From positions 1 through 47,953 of the forward strand of contig CBDVDA010000003.1 in the NCBI GenBank assembly GCA_965372635.1: a stretch of 47,953 bases of DNA. The letters run 5' to 3'. The notes beneath the pieces were generated by a model. That model ran no database searches. It worked only from the letters and a program-made list of their open reading frames with translations, and was not told where the DNA came from. Positions 35,951-45,774 of the stretch are shown here, piece after piece. The stretch comes from an uncultured bacterium (GTDB lineage Bacteria; Desulfobacterota; JADFVX01). Position numbers and translations under genes: made by a program. How positions within the stretch are numbered: position 1 is the stretch's first letter; every line of letters starts with the position of its first letter.

Positions 35951-36598
35951 TTATTTCTTCACCATATCTTTAATGATGTCTTGTTTAATCCGGTTATTGA
36001 AACTTGCTGGGCTTCCTTTGAGCCACTGCCTACAATTTTTGCATCTTTCAATTGGAGCACCATTGGTCGTTGCCTGTCCCATTCGAGCGCCCTGAATTCT
36101 ATTTACAAAATCCTCTTTATCCACAGATGTCTCTACCATTTGGGAAAAGGCATGGGGTTCAGAACAATTGTATATACTCCAACTTTCCTTTTTCTTCACA
36201 TGTTGGGCAAATATATCTTTCGCATTATTACCGCCAAATTCTTTATCCATTTTGGTTTCCGTAGTCGGCACATTGTTGCTAACCCCATTCCATGAGAAGT
36301 TGCCACTTTGCAGGTTGACATTAACTGTGGCGCGTTGAATAACAGCCTGGACCGTCCCACGTATCATATCAGCCATCCTGTTCTGCGCCGCATGATGGGG
36401 GGAGTTCTGCATCTGCGCCGCCTGCTTCGCCTGCGGGGAATTGCGCATCATCTCGGCCATACGCCTCTGCGCTGCCGCCTCAGGCCGATTGTCGACAAAA
36501 GTAAGTGTCCCGCCGCTGCCAACTTTCAGTTGCGCAACGTTTTCGGCTACGGCCCGGCTTTGGGCCTGCTGGTTTTGGTTTTCAGGTGTTTTTTCCAT
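35951..36598 (-). CDS. Leader-bearing effector (no DUF4157) with deaminase-like C-terminus
   Basis: Leader, VIQR junction, then NCSEPHA...IERCKNCRQW (CxE...CxxC). Confidence 0.72.
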   Translation of the reverse strand: MEKTPENQNQQAQSRAVAENVAQLKVGSGGTLTFVDNRPEAAAQRRMAEMMRNSPQAKQAAQMQNSPHHAAQNRMADMIRGTVQAVIQRATVNVNLQSGNFSWNGVSNNVPTTETKMDKEFGGNNAKDIFAQHVKKKESWSIYNCSEPHAFSQMVETSVDKEDFVNRIQGARMGQATTNGAPIERCKNCRQWLKGSPASFNNRIKQDIIKDMVKK

Positions 36599-36654
36599 AA
36601 CAATAAGAGATATCAGCTTTCAGTTCTCGTTGGGTGGGCAGCCCCTGCCCACCA

Positions 36655-36858
36655 TTACCCATTGTGGGAAACGACATCCGCTTGTCTCGACTGGGGGCTG
36701 TTGTTCATCATTTCAGCAATACGCATTTGGGCGGCAGTTTCGGGGTGATTGTCAACGAACTCAAGCGCCAAGTCGCCCCTCTCTTTTCGCTGCGCCGAGT
36801 TATCGGATGCGGCCCTGCTTTGAGTTTGCTGGTTTTGGTTTTCGGTTATTTTTTCCAT
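36655..36858 (-). pseudogene. Leader-only remnant of an effector gene
   Basis: MEKITENQNQQTQSRAA...FVDNHPETAAQMRIAEMMNNSPQ, then an early stop beside a palindrome (GGTGGGCAG..CTGCCCACC). Confidence 0.6.
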
Positions 36859-37197
36859 AGAACAAAGCTATCCGTTGTCAACTATCAGTAAAATCTTTAA
36901 ACATTAGGTGCAATGCATTGCACCCTACCTAGCTGAAAACTTTCTTCTCCCTTGAACCGCCCATTTCGACCCTCAAAAGGGCCTTCTAAGCCTGTTTTTA
37001 CCCCTTATTTTCGACCTTATTCGTTTAATTTCAATCACTTAGCTTGGTTCGACCCCATTTTGAACCATTTTGAATATTTTTAGTCTATGGCGTACTAAAA
37101 AATAAACACTTGTTCGACCCGTCCTGGAATAGTGTTATTTCTACTTGACTCCTAAGACGGTATCTACGAGACTTCCCATAGCGTATAGTGTACCAAT

Positions 37198-38325
37198 TCA
37201 CTCCTTGCGCGTCGTCGGTGTCTTCGCTAATAGATGAACCTCATTGTTCTTGTTAACGGACTGCGGAACTTCGCTAAATTTCTTATTTTCAGCAGCTCCT
37301 CCGTACCCTTGCACATTCTCAACTTCGACCTCGGAGAATTTCTTGCCCGTTGCCGAAGCGACGCGCGCGCTGTGTATGAACGCTTTCAACCCGTTAAGAA
37401 ATATTGCGATGAGGTTTCCAACTGCTGGCTGTTTGTTAAAAGTTTGATTTTTGTCCAGCTCAGTTACACAATCTCTCTCCCCTCCTGTCTCTTTCTCGAC
37501 GATTAATGCTACACCCTTCGGATCCCCCTGAAATGGATTAAGCCCTTCGCGATCATCAGCCCACGTTCCATATGTGTATCCATGACAGTTTGCTTTTTGG
37601 CCCTTATTTTCCATCTTGATTTCCGATCCTCCATCCGTCTTGTACTCATCACTTTTACTGTAGTAGACAATGCGCTGCACCGGCTGCTTGCCTATCCCGC
37701 CTCCCAAAGCCTGGCTGACGGGATGGATAGGAAATTCACACTCACTTTTTGTCGATTGGTGCATCTGCAACGCTTTGGCGCCCATCACATCGGCCTCCGT
37801 CTCCAGCCCGGCATCGTCATTGATCTGAGTCCCGGCCATCTGCACAGTTGGCTGCACACGCCCCTGTGCCTGCTGCACCACATGCCACCCCTCGTGGGCA
37901 AGGTGCTTCTCCTGCCCGCTGGCTACGTGGATGTCGCTCCCTTGAGTAAAAGCATGGGCGTTTAGCTGCGCCGGTTCGGGGGAGTTGTAGTGGGCATTCA
38001 CATGATCCATCGACATACCGGAGAGGTTTTCGAGGCCGTTTTTCAGGTTATCGGGCATACCCGTTTTGTTTTCCTTAAGCTGGGCAGCTTCGGGCTTCAA
38101 CTCGTCCTCCTCCACCCGCTGGGCGACAGCTTTCGTCTGCGCCAGTTCTTCCTTATCGTCTATCTCCTCCCGCTGGGCCGTGCCCTGTATCATACTGATA
38201 AACTTCGCCTGCGCCGCCGCTTCGGGCCGGTTGTCCACCATTGTAAGGGCGGAGGTTTTGTTTTTTTTCTGTCTGGTATCGCCTTCTTCCTTGCGCTGTG
38301 TTGATTTTGGAATTGTAGTTTTCAT
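37198..38325 (-). CDS. DUF4157 effector with possible papain-fold (Cys-His) C-terminal domain
   Basis: RBS GGAGG before MKTTIP; VDNRPE leader; DUF4157; PVQR junction; ANCHGYTYG...FIHSARV. Confidence 0.8.
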   Translation of the reverse strand: MKTTIPKSTQRKEEGDTRQKKNKTSALTMVDNRPEAAAQAKFISMIQGTAQREEIDDKEELAQTKAVAQRVEEDELKPEAAQLKENKTGMPDNLKNGLENLSGMSMDHVNAHYNSPEPAQLNAHAFTQGSDIHVASGQEKHLAHEGWHVVQQAQGRVQPTVQMAGTQINDDAGLETEADVMGAKALQMHQSTKSECEFPIHPVSQALGGGIGKQPVQRIVYYSKSDEYKTDGGSEIKMENKGQKANCHGYTYGTWADDREGLNPFQGDPKGVALIVEKETGGERDCVTELDKNQTFNKQPAVGNLIAIFLNGLKAFIHSARVASATGKKFSEVEVENVQGYGGAAENKKFSEVPQSVNKNNEVHLLAKTPTTRKE

Positions 38326-38346
38326 CGCAAACCTCCAGTTATCTTC

Positions 38347-38650
38347 GTAGGGGCGCACCTACGTGTGTGCCCTTGTTTTTAATCCGGGCAGACACATGGG
38401 TCTGCCCCTACATTATTGCACCCTGCTTGACTCACGGGTGATGCATCATAATTCATTACCATCGCTTGTCGCAGGGGTAGGCCCCTTGTACCTACTCTAA
38501 TGAATACGTTTTATTATCATGGGCAACCACAAGGGATTGCCCCTACATTTCCCCCTCACCCCCGCATCCAGTGCGGGGCAGGCTCTAACCCTCTCCCACC
38601 AGGGGCGAGGGAATTTTACTGTCCCCTGAAAACCGACAACTGACAACTTT
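38347..38650. repeat. REP/palindrome cluster between the tape measure gene and the effector array
   Basis: GTAGGGGCGCAC..GTGTGCCC, GGGCAGAC..GTCTGCCCCTAC, CCCTCTCCC..GGGGCGAGGG and heptamer units. Confidence 0.7.
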
Positions 38651-38653
38651 CTC

Positions 38654-41600
38654 TTACCTCCACTCAACGTGAACGACCCGCTTCATCCACGGATGTTTGA
38701 TGAGGTTATAACTCCAGGGGAGTCGATCAAGCAACATATCGAATGGCTTAGCCTCCACCAGCAGATGCCACTCGCCGTCTTTCAGCCTCAAAACCCCTTC
38801 CCGCTGCAAAAAAGATTGCCTGAAACCATCAACCGACGTTTTGCCCAAGGCCGTCCAGTTTTGGACCATACCCTTCAACAAGCCTTCGATGGCCTCTTTT
38901 TCTACCGCACTCGCCTTTATCTCTTTGCAAATTGGAACGCCTGTTTTTACACCGCAGAGCACCTTGTTCAACACAAGCCGGTATTCGGGGGTCGATTCGC
39001 TGCCGTTGACCATGAACTGAAGAAGATGGACGGCCCGCTCGGCAGCCTGCCTGTCCTTGAATTTACCTGCATCCATCAAACCTAGCATGTCAAAAAGGCG
39101 CGGCAAGTATGGGGCCGCCAGAACCTGCCCCGCGTTGGCAATGTAGACCTCTTCGGTAAACTCCTCTTCCTCAGAAAGCTCCCCAGTGGCTTCCTGCACG
39201 TCTTCAAGCTCCACAGAAGTCGCCTTTCTCGCAGACTTCTCCAGACTGCTGTCTTCCTTCGTCAGCGAACCCATCATCCTTAGGTGCGTTTCAGCCGTTG
39301 ATGGGAGAACATCAAGGGCAAGCTGTCCGGCCAGGGCGACCCTGAATGTATCTTCGTCCTTTCGTCCAATTTCTTCAGACAGGTATTTTGAGAATGAGAG
39401 CAGAAATTGGGCTTCATCAAGATTTCGGCCTTCCTTGTAAATATAGCTGAATATAAAGAGCCATTTCATCCGCTCTATTCGGCCCGGATCCTTTTCCATA
39501 TTGATGCAGGCTGCTGCGACAATGTCTGCGCATCTGAGGAGCGAACAATACCGCTCCCCCCGCAGGAGGAAGAGGAGACGGGCCATAAGGCGGGAGGGAA
39601 GGAGGGCAATAATTCTTTCCAATATCTTTTTGTTTTCCAGAAGCTCTTCCATCAGGTATTTAAACCTTTCGGGGCGCTCCGCCATCATGCGCTCCACCCA
39701 CAACACAAAACGGGCGGTCTCCCTCCCGGAAGCAGCCACTCCCGCCGTAATACGTTCCAGAAATGTCTCGCCTTCAACTTCAGACAATGGCAAAAATGAC
39801 GGGTCATCAACGTCCTTTGAATTTACAGATGACGCCTCTTCATCTTTTTCATTCTTATTTCCATGAGTGTGGGCGGCGGCTATTATTTCTTCAAAATCTA
39901 TCACCTTATCCGTAACAATGTTTTCCAGGATTGAGGTATAGTATTTTTTTAAGTCGCCCGCCTTTTTTGCATAATTTTGGATGGCGGCGACCAGATCGGG
40001 ACTTCCCGTTCCACCACCGGCAAGGGAGATCAGGGCGCCGACAAACCGCCCCAGTTCTTCAGCCGAAAGGCGCGAGGCCGCTTTTGAGAAGTTAAGACGG
40101 CCCGTCTGCATCTCACGGAAAATCTCCAGTATTCTCCATGGAAATTTTTGCGACAGTTCATCTAAAATTTTGTCAAAATCCACACCCGCCCTGTGTCCCG
40201 CAATACAGCGCCGTAATTCTTCGGTGAGCTCATAGGAGCGGAGCAGTTCTGCACTTGGCTGAGATTCACCCTCCTTTTCAGACTTCTCTACAGCCGCATC
40301 TGCCTTAAGCCCGTCCAGTAATTGAAGCATCTCCTTATTATCTCCGCCACCACGTTCCGACAACTCCTTCAATGATGCGACAAGGTCCTCATAATTAATG
40401 TTTATGTGGGCCGCCATCTGCCTGACCATACTTCCCATATAGGCTATTTTGTTAAAACGGCTGCCGCGATCTACAAGAAGGTAGGCCAGGGTGAACTCCC
40501 AGAAGTGACGTTTAAGTCCGCCTTCATCCAGATAGGGTCGGCCGGCCGCCTGCCGGAAAACATGGCGCATGTCTGCCATATGGCAAATAAAACCGCCTTC
40601 TGCCGGTTCGATGAGATAGACTATTTCTTTTAGCATCGCTTCTTCAAAACCATCCGCCACTTTCCGCCTTACTGCCGCCCTTACGCCGTAGCGGCGAAGC
40701 TCCTCTAGAAAAAGTCTTTTATTGTCACCCGCTATCTCAGTCCATATATCCTTTATTCCTTCGGCGGAGCCTGTAATCAGGGCCTCCTCTATGCGCCACC
40801 TGAGAAATTCACTTCTGTTAGCATCTGCGCCTTTTTCTTCGCCTCCCTTATTTCCGCGTCCAGCCAGAGTCCCGACTATGTCATTATCTTCTGCCAGTTC
40901 GCCAAGGAGTTCCAGCATCTCATCCCTCATCCTGCCAACACCCGGCGACTTCTTAAACGCATCCAGCAATGAAAAGACAAGGTCGGCGTATTTCATATTG
41001 CCGTGGGCCGCCATCTGCCTGACCATGCTCCTCATGTAGGCCCTCTTGTTGAAACGGCTGCCGCGCTCGACCAGCAAGTAGCCGAGAGTAAACTCCCAAA
41101 AACGGCCCCGGAGACGAGACTCCTCTTCGGGCGGTTTACCGAGAGCCATATGAAAAAGTTCCCGCTTATCAACAACGTCGCATATAAAGCCGCCATCTAC
41201 AGGTTCTATTAGATAAACAATCTCTTTTAGCAGGGCGTCGCCAAAACCTTCCGCCACTTTCCGCCTCACAGCCACTCTCACGCCGTAGCGGCGAAGCTCC
41301 TCCAGGAAAAGGGCCTTGTTGTCTCTCACGATCTCAGGCCATATCTCCTTTATTCCTGCGGCAGAGCCGGAAATCAACGCCTCCTCGATGCGAAGGCGTA
41401 TAAAATCCATATAACTTCCTCGCCGCTTTTTAAAATAGCCCTCCCCCTTATCTCTCTTCCCCCTTAAATCCATCTTCTCCGGCATGTCCCCCGTCAAAGG
41501 AAAAGCGACGCCCGTCCTTCGGGAAAGATTTTTCATGGTCCGGGCGGACATGGCTTTTTCACCGGGGAATGCGCCTTCGAGTTTTAAGAGTTCATCAACT

Positions 41601-42274
41601 GCGGCTTCGCGTATCAAACATGCCAATTCTTCACGGGATGTCGATGGGAACTCCCCTTTCCTGCATACCTCCATTAAAAGAGAAACTATCTCCTTAAAAA
41701 ACGTTACATGGGCGGGGAATAGTATGCGGGCGATCCCCGCCGGAATCTGGCCCGGAAACTGACTTGCCAGCCTTTTTATCATCCTCTCTCTTGCTGGAGA
41801 CTCTTTAAGAAGGTCCACAAACATCTTGCCATTCGAGCGAAGAACGTCCTGCAAGAGTTGTTCAATGGAACGGCCTTTTAAGATGCCGTCATTCCAGGGC
41901 AACCGCCCCTTATCCAGAAAAAACCGGACTTGGTCAAAATCAGACTGCTCTACGGTAATAACGCCTTCACCCCTCTCAAAGGAACCGCCGAGAGACTCGA
42001 TCTTTTCCCGCAAGACCGATCTCAATCTCTCCTTCAGCCTCGCTTCCATCTGTTCCTGCAAAGCCTCGAACTCAATTTCATCCAAATCGATTTCGAGGTT
42101 CTCTATCTTTATCACCTTACCGGTTGAAGAAAATTCATCGAAAACTTCGTTCACGGCCTGCATAACGCCGTTCTTTACAAAAGGTCCCAATTCTTTCTGG
42201 GCCTCGAAGGCGTCCTCATCATCAGCAAAAGTGAGATCAAAAACAGTTTTCTCAATAACATGAACGTTATCCAT
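38654..42274 (-). CDS. Contractile injection system tape measure protein (Afp14-like, CIS_TMP)
   Basis: N-terminal HVIEK..FDL...IENLEIDL and FFL..G.LPW; C-terminal YIANAGQVLAAPYLPRLF...FRQSFLQREG...FDMLLDRLPW...HPWM. Confidence 0.88.
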   Translation of the reverse strand: MDNVHVIEKTVFDLTFADDEDAFEAQKELGPFVKNGVMQAVNEVFDEFSSTGKVIKIENLEIDLDEIEFEALQEQMEARLKERLRSVLREKIESLGGSFERGEGVITVEQSDFDQVRFFLDKGRLPWNDGILKGRSIEQLLQDVLRSNGKMFVDLLKESPARERMIKRLASQFPGQIPAGIARILFPAHVTFFKEIVSLLMEVCRKGEFPSTSREELACLIREAAVDELLKLEGAFPGEKAMSARTMKNLSRRTGVAFPLTGDMPEKMDLRGKRDKGEGYFKKRRGSYMDFIRLRIEEALISGSAAGIKEIWPEIVRDNKALFLEELRRYGVRVAVRRKVAEGFGDALLKEIVYLIEPVDGGFICDVVDKRELFHMALGKPPEEESRLRGRFWEFTLGYLLVERGSRFNKRAYMRSMVRQMAAHGNMKYADLVFSLLDAFKKSPGVGRMRDEMLELLGELAEDNDIVGTLAGRGNKGGEEKGADANRSEFLRWRIEEALITGSAEGIKDIWTEIAGDNKRLFLEELRRYGVRAAVRRKVADGFEEAMLKEIVYLIEPAEGGFICHMADMRHVFRQAAGRPYLDEGGLKRHFWEFTLAYLLVDRGSRFNKIAYMGSMVRQMAAHININYEDLVASLKELSERGGGDNKEMLQLLDGLKADAAVEKSEKEGESQPSAELLRSYELTEELRRCIAGHRAGVDFDKILDELSQKFPWRILEIFREMQTGRLNFSKAASRLSAEELGRFVGALISLAGGGTGSPDLVAAIQNYAKKAGDLKKYYTSILENIVTDKVIDFEEIIAAAHTHGNKNEKDEEASSVNSKDVDDPSFLPLSEVEGETFLERITAGVAASGRETARFVLWVERMMAERPERFKYLMEELLENKKILERIIALLPSRLMARLLFLLRGERYCSLLRCADIVAAACINMEKDPGRIERMKWLFIFSYIYKEGRNLDEAQFLLSFSKYLSEEIGRKDEDTFRVALAGQLALDVLPSTAETHLRMMGSLTKEDSSLEKSARKATSVELEDVQEATGELSEEEEFTEEVYIANAGQVLAAPYLPRLFDMLGLMDAGKFKDRQAAERAVHLLQFMVNGSESTPEYRLVLNKVLCGVKTGVPICKEIKASAVEKEAIEGLLKGMVQNWTALGKTSVDGFRQSFLQREGVLRLKDGEWHLLVEAKPFDMLLDRLPWSYNLIKHPWMKRVVHVEWR

Positions 42275-44699
42275 GATCTGCGGAGCCCTCTCTTCTTGAG
42301 ACTATCTTCCTGTTTTTAATTAAAAAAGCGGCCACTCTCTCAGAGGCGGCGTCGAGTTCCGAGGTTCCTGCCGGATGATTTCGCTTCTCGAGAAGCCACT
42401 TTTCATATATATCTTCGAACTCGACCATCTTTCTAAATTCCAGCCAATAAAATTCAGGAAAAATGTGGGCAGGACAGTTCAGGGTGACCGTCTCTTCGGC
42501 AAGTTTCCTGAAGCCTTTATCGCTGGATCTGGCCGTCCAAGAAGGAAAAACCACGCTGATTCTAAAAGAGTAAAAGTCATCAGGTAGAGTAACGTGGTGC
42601 GACTCCCTGTTTAAAGGTCTGAGCAGAATATGCTCCACAATGTGAAGACCCTCGCTATCCACATTTAGTGAAACAAGAAAAGAGCGCAACTTTTTTGAAG
42701 CCGAGAGTGCTTTATTCTCGTTTGTATAAGATATCGGATATAGCCACTTTTTATCTTCATCAAGCTTTATCTTCACCTCAAAAGTCACAGCAGGTTGTAA
42801 CATGTCCTCAAATTTGCCGCTTTTCTTCTTTTCTCTTATCTGATAAGCATGCTTTTGGATACCTTTCCTGAGAACGGTTTCACTGAGGAAGCCCAAATTT
42901 TCCGGGTTCCGTATATTAAAATGCTTAACTTTTTTACCAAGGTGGTCCAGTTCATCATGGGATACCAGTTCTATTCCCCTGCCGGTGAAGGGAGCGGTGA
43001 GTGACCTGTCCGAGTCGCATTTCAGGGCCAGCAGGATGTTTAGCTTTTTCTGCAGGCCCGATAAATTAGTGTTGTTGAAATACGCTTCCCTGTAGTTAAA
43101 TGCCTGTGCGCGGCCTGCCCCCAGTTCCACCACATTTCTTAAAAGCCGGATCTTGTTGGAGATTATTTCATCTTCCGATTGTTCTTCCTCGTAATAACAG
43201 CTAAAGTGGCGAAGGGAGTTTTGGCTGAACCGTTCACCATAGATTCCAAGCAGATAGTCCAATACGCGGTTTCTTCTGTCTCCAAAATCATCATACCGGT
43301 TTAATATCTGTGCAATTTGAGGGTCTGTCACTTCCTTTCCCTCCGCATATATCTCCTCTACACCGGGGACGCTATCATTATTTAAATATTGATGGAAATA
43401 GGTCTGTTTCAACTTATCATCAAGCGAAAAAAGCTTTGGAATCCCATCGAGGTTCGCCAGAAAGTTAGCCATCACCTGTTCAAAGAAAAGGAGATAAGCC
43501 TTTAACTGACTCGCCTGGGCTTTTCTCTCAAGCGATTCTGAATCAGGCAAGCCGTACCGATTGATGCCGTATATGGCCGGAAAAAGGTTTTGAATAGAGC
43601 TGTATTCACCCAAGTTCCTGTAGTTCCCCTCCGGCGCCGGATAGAGCTTGGTAGAACCCCGTCCCCTATGTTTTTTGGCCTTTCTTTCGAAGTCCAGCCT
43701 ACCGAATTCCACATTGACCTCTTCCAGGGAAACAGCGATCAATTTATTATTTTTTAAAAGTCTTATTCCGACTTCATCACCATTTGCCGGGAAGTGAAAA
43801 CGGGGCAAAGATGAGAGCGATGAGTCATACTCTATATTCTCAACCCTCCGCCCCTGTTCATCTTCAAACCATAAATCGTTAATATGACTTATCCCCTCCA
43901 GAGCACCTATTGCCCCGATCAGACCAGCTATGGTAACCGTATTAAAGTCCCTGTCCAGTTCCCCTTCATCAATAAAACCCTGCTTAGTCAAGGGGCCTGA
44001 AAAAATATCCTCTATGCCCATGCCTTTATCCAGCATCTCTTCATAAGGGTAAAAAGAAACGCCCGGGTCGATACATTTTGAACACCTGTAATAGATTTCA
44101 GCCAGGATGTTAGCGGGCGCTTTTTTGTTAAAAATAACAAATTAGCCAAGCAGCGAATAATTGGGATGTTTTTTAATTTACACCACCCCCACGTCCACAG
44201 ATAGGTTACAGTTATAGGAATATATTTTTGTCACCTCTTCAATGGCCCGGTCTCTTATCTCTTTATTTTCACTCTCCTTAACATCGATGAAAACCCTGCA
44301 CAATCCACGAGGCAAATCATTATCGGACCTACAGGTTTTGAACCATACATTCTCGACATGAGGCACCGAATCGATAATAATTTTCCTGTAATCGCCGAAG
44401 GTGACAGGCTGGCATGGGAAAATATCCTGAGGGAGATACAAAGCCTGTTCATTTAAATCAATACGACCATCCTTGCCGGTAAGATAATCAACCAGATCAA
44501 ACTCAGTCCTATAGACGAGGTCAGTCAAGCCAAAACAGATCTGGTCCAGGATAGTTACCCCCGGGTCGTGGGCGTTGAAATCTGTCCATGTTTCGCCGCA
44601 CAAATCATGAAGGAGGCCGATGCCCTCTTTTTTCAGGCTTTCAAAATCCGGCAGATTTCCGTGAGCCTTCTTTTTATCGATATATTTATGCTGAGTCAT
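42267..44699 (-). pseudogene. eCIS baseplate protein (Afp12-like) interrupted by two in-frame TAA codons (real lesion or local sequence error)
   Basis: WTDFNAHDPGVTIL at the N-terminus; QLKAYLLFFEQ and EGLHIVEHILLRP...PAHI at the C-terminus. Both track ORFs share one frame; TAA at 44178-44180 and 44142-44144. Confidence 0.78.
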
Positions 44700-44721
44700 G
44701 ATCAATTGAGTATTGAACAGG

Positions 44722-45021
44722 TCAGTCTTCCTTTTGTCCGCCAACGTGTGCGTTCAGGTTTTCTAAAACAGTATGAACACAGTTAAAAGGTAAATTGCCC
44801 AGAGCCTTGACAATAAGTTCGAACTCTTGCCTGCTGAATGCATATTTGTGAACAGCGTCCTCGTCGCAGCTTTTGGCAACGGCTTCATTTGCCTGGCGGT
44901 TAATACTGCCGATCAGATCGAAAACATATTTAAAAGGGAGTTCTGCAAGGGCTTCGACAACGGTTCTTCCATCCTCTACCGACAAGGGGAAGAGAAATGT
45001 TCTCACTTCATCGTCCGTCAT
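44722..45021 (-). CDS. Small hypothetical protein with internal two-fold repeat
   Basis: LS.E....VVEALAELPFKYV..LI..IN versus FS.QE..LIVKALGNLPFNCV..VL..LN; ATGA overlap with the upstream gene. Confidence 0.7.
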   Translation of the reverse strand: MTDDEVRTFLFPLSVEDGRTVVEALAELPFKYVFDLIGSINRQANEAVAKSCDEDAVHKYAFSRQEFELIVKALGNLPFNCVHTVLENLNAHVGGQKED

Positions 45022-45764
45022 TCGTCATGCCCCTCTTCTTTTATCTGACAATCGTTCATGAAGGGGTCGAACCACAACTTTGTAATGTAGTACTTTGCAA
45101 CGATGCCCTCCCCATAGCAATAACCTGTCCTTAATTGCAGTGAATAGGCGTGCATCTTCCCACTCCAGCGAAGTTGCAGCCTGTTGCACCTGGAACCGTA
45201 ATGCGACTGATGGCGGATGACTTTACCTTTTGAGTTGAACGTATTCAGGGCAAAGGCGTGAAGAAGGGCATATTTTCCAGCCTTCTTTTCCCCAACGCCC
45301 GACATAACTTCAAATGACTGGCACCCGTCGATCTTATCGGTAATATCGTGCCACTTTCCATCGGCCGGGATGACCCCCTGTTTGTTGCCAATCCTTCCGG
45401 CAGAAGAAAGGACACCCTCAATATCAAGTTCGAATTCAGGATTTTTTTTATTAATACCCACCTTCCCCTCAGGCGAGAGGGTGAGAATACTCTTTTTCTT
45501 TTCAGCATCGAAGCTTAAATTTCCCGTCGATGTATCAATCCGAATAGACCATAGAGGACTTTTGACGGCAATATTCTCAAAAAAACTCAGCAATTTACCT
45601 GAATCGCCGAGCTGGGCTATTTTAACGCCCTCTGTTGCCGTCTTGTCGAAACCTTCATCAATGACATTGAGCATAGAGTCGACGAGATCTCCAAAATGCT
45701 CTTCCGAAGGCATTCTCCCCTTGCCAAAATAATTCTTGAGTGTTTTTCTGTTCTTTTTTGCCAT
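45018..45764 (-). CDS. Conserved eCIS protein (short tail-fibre/adhesin-like, Afp13-type N-terminus)
   Basis: R.TLKNYF..G.MPSE.HF.DLVDS.LN baseplate-attachment-like N-terminus; GKVGIN..NP fibre-like repeat. Confidence 0.7.
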   Translation of the reverse strand: MAKKNRKTLKNYFGKGRMPSEEHFGDLVDSMLNVIDEGFDKTATEGVKIAQLGDSGKLLSFFENIAVKSPLWSIRIDTSTGNLSFDAEKKKSILTLSPEGKVGINKKNPEFELDIEGVLSSAGRIGNKQGVIPADGKWHDITDKIDGCQSFEVMSGVGEKKAGKYALLHAFALNTFNSKGKVIRHQSHYGSRCNRLQLRWSGKMHAYSLQLRTGYCYGEGIVAKYYITKLWFDPFMNDCQIKEEGHDE

Positions 45765-45774
45765 AGTATACCGC

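Noticed and set aside
44142-44180. TAA reassignment or DGR-type hypermutation in the baseplate gene
   Set aside because: TAA is a normal stop for many genes here. The apparent changes are not adenine-specific, and no reverse transcriptase or template repeat is visible.
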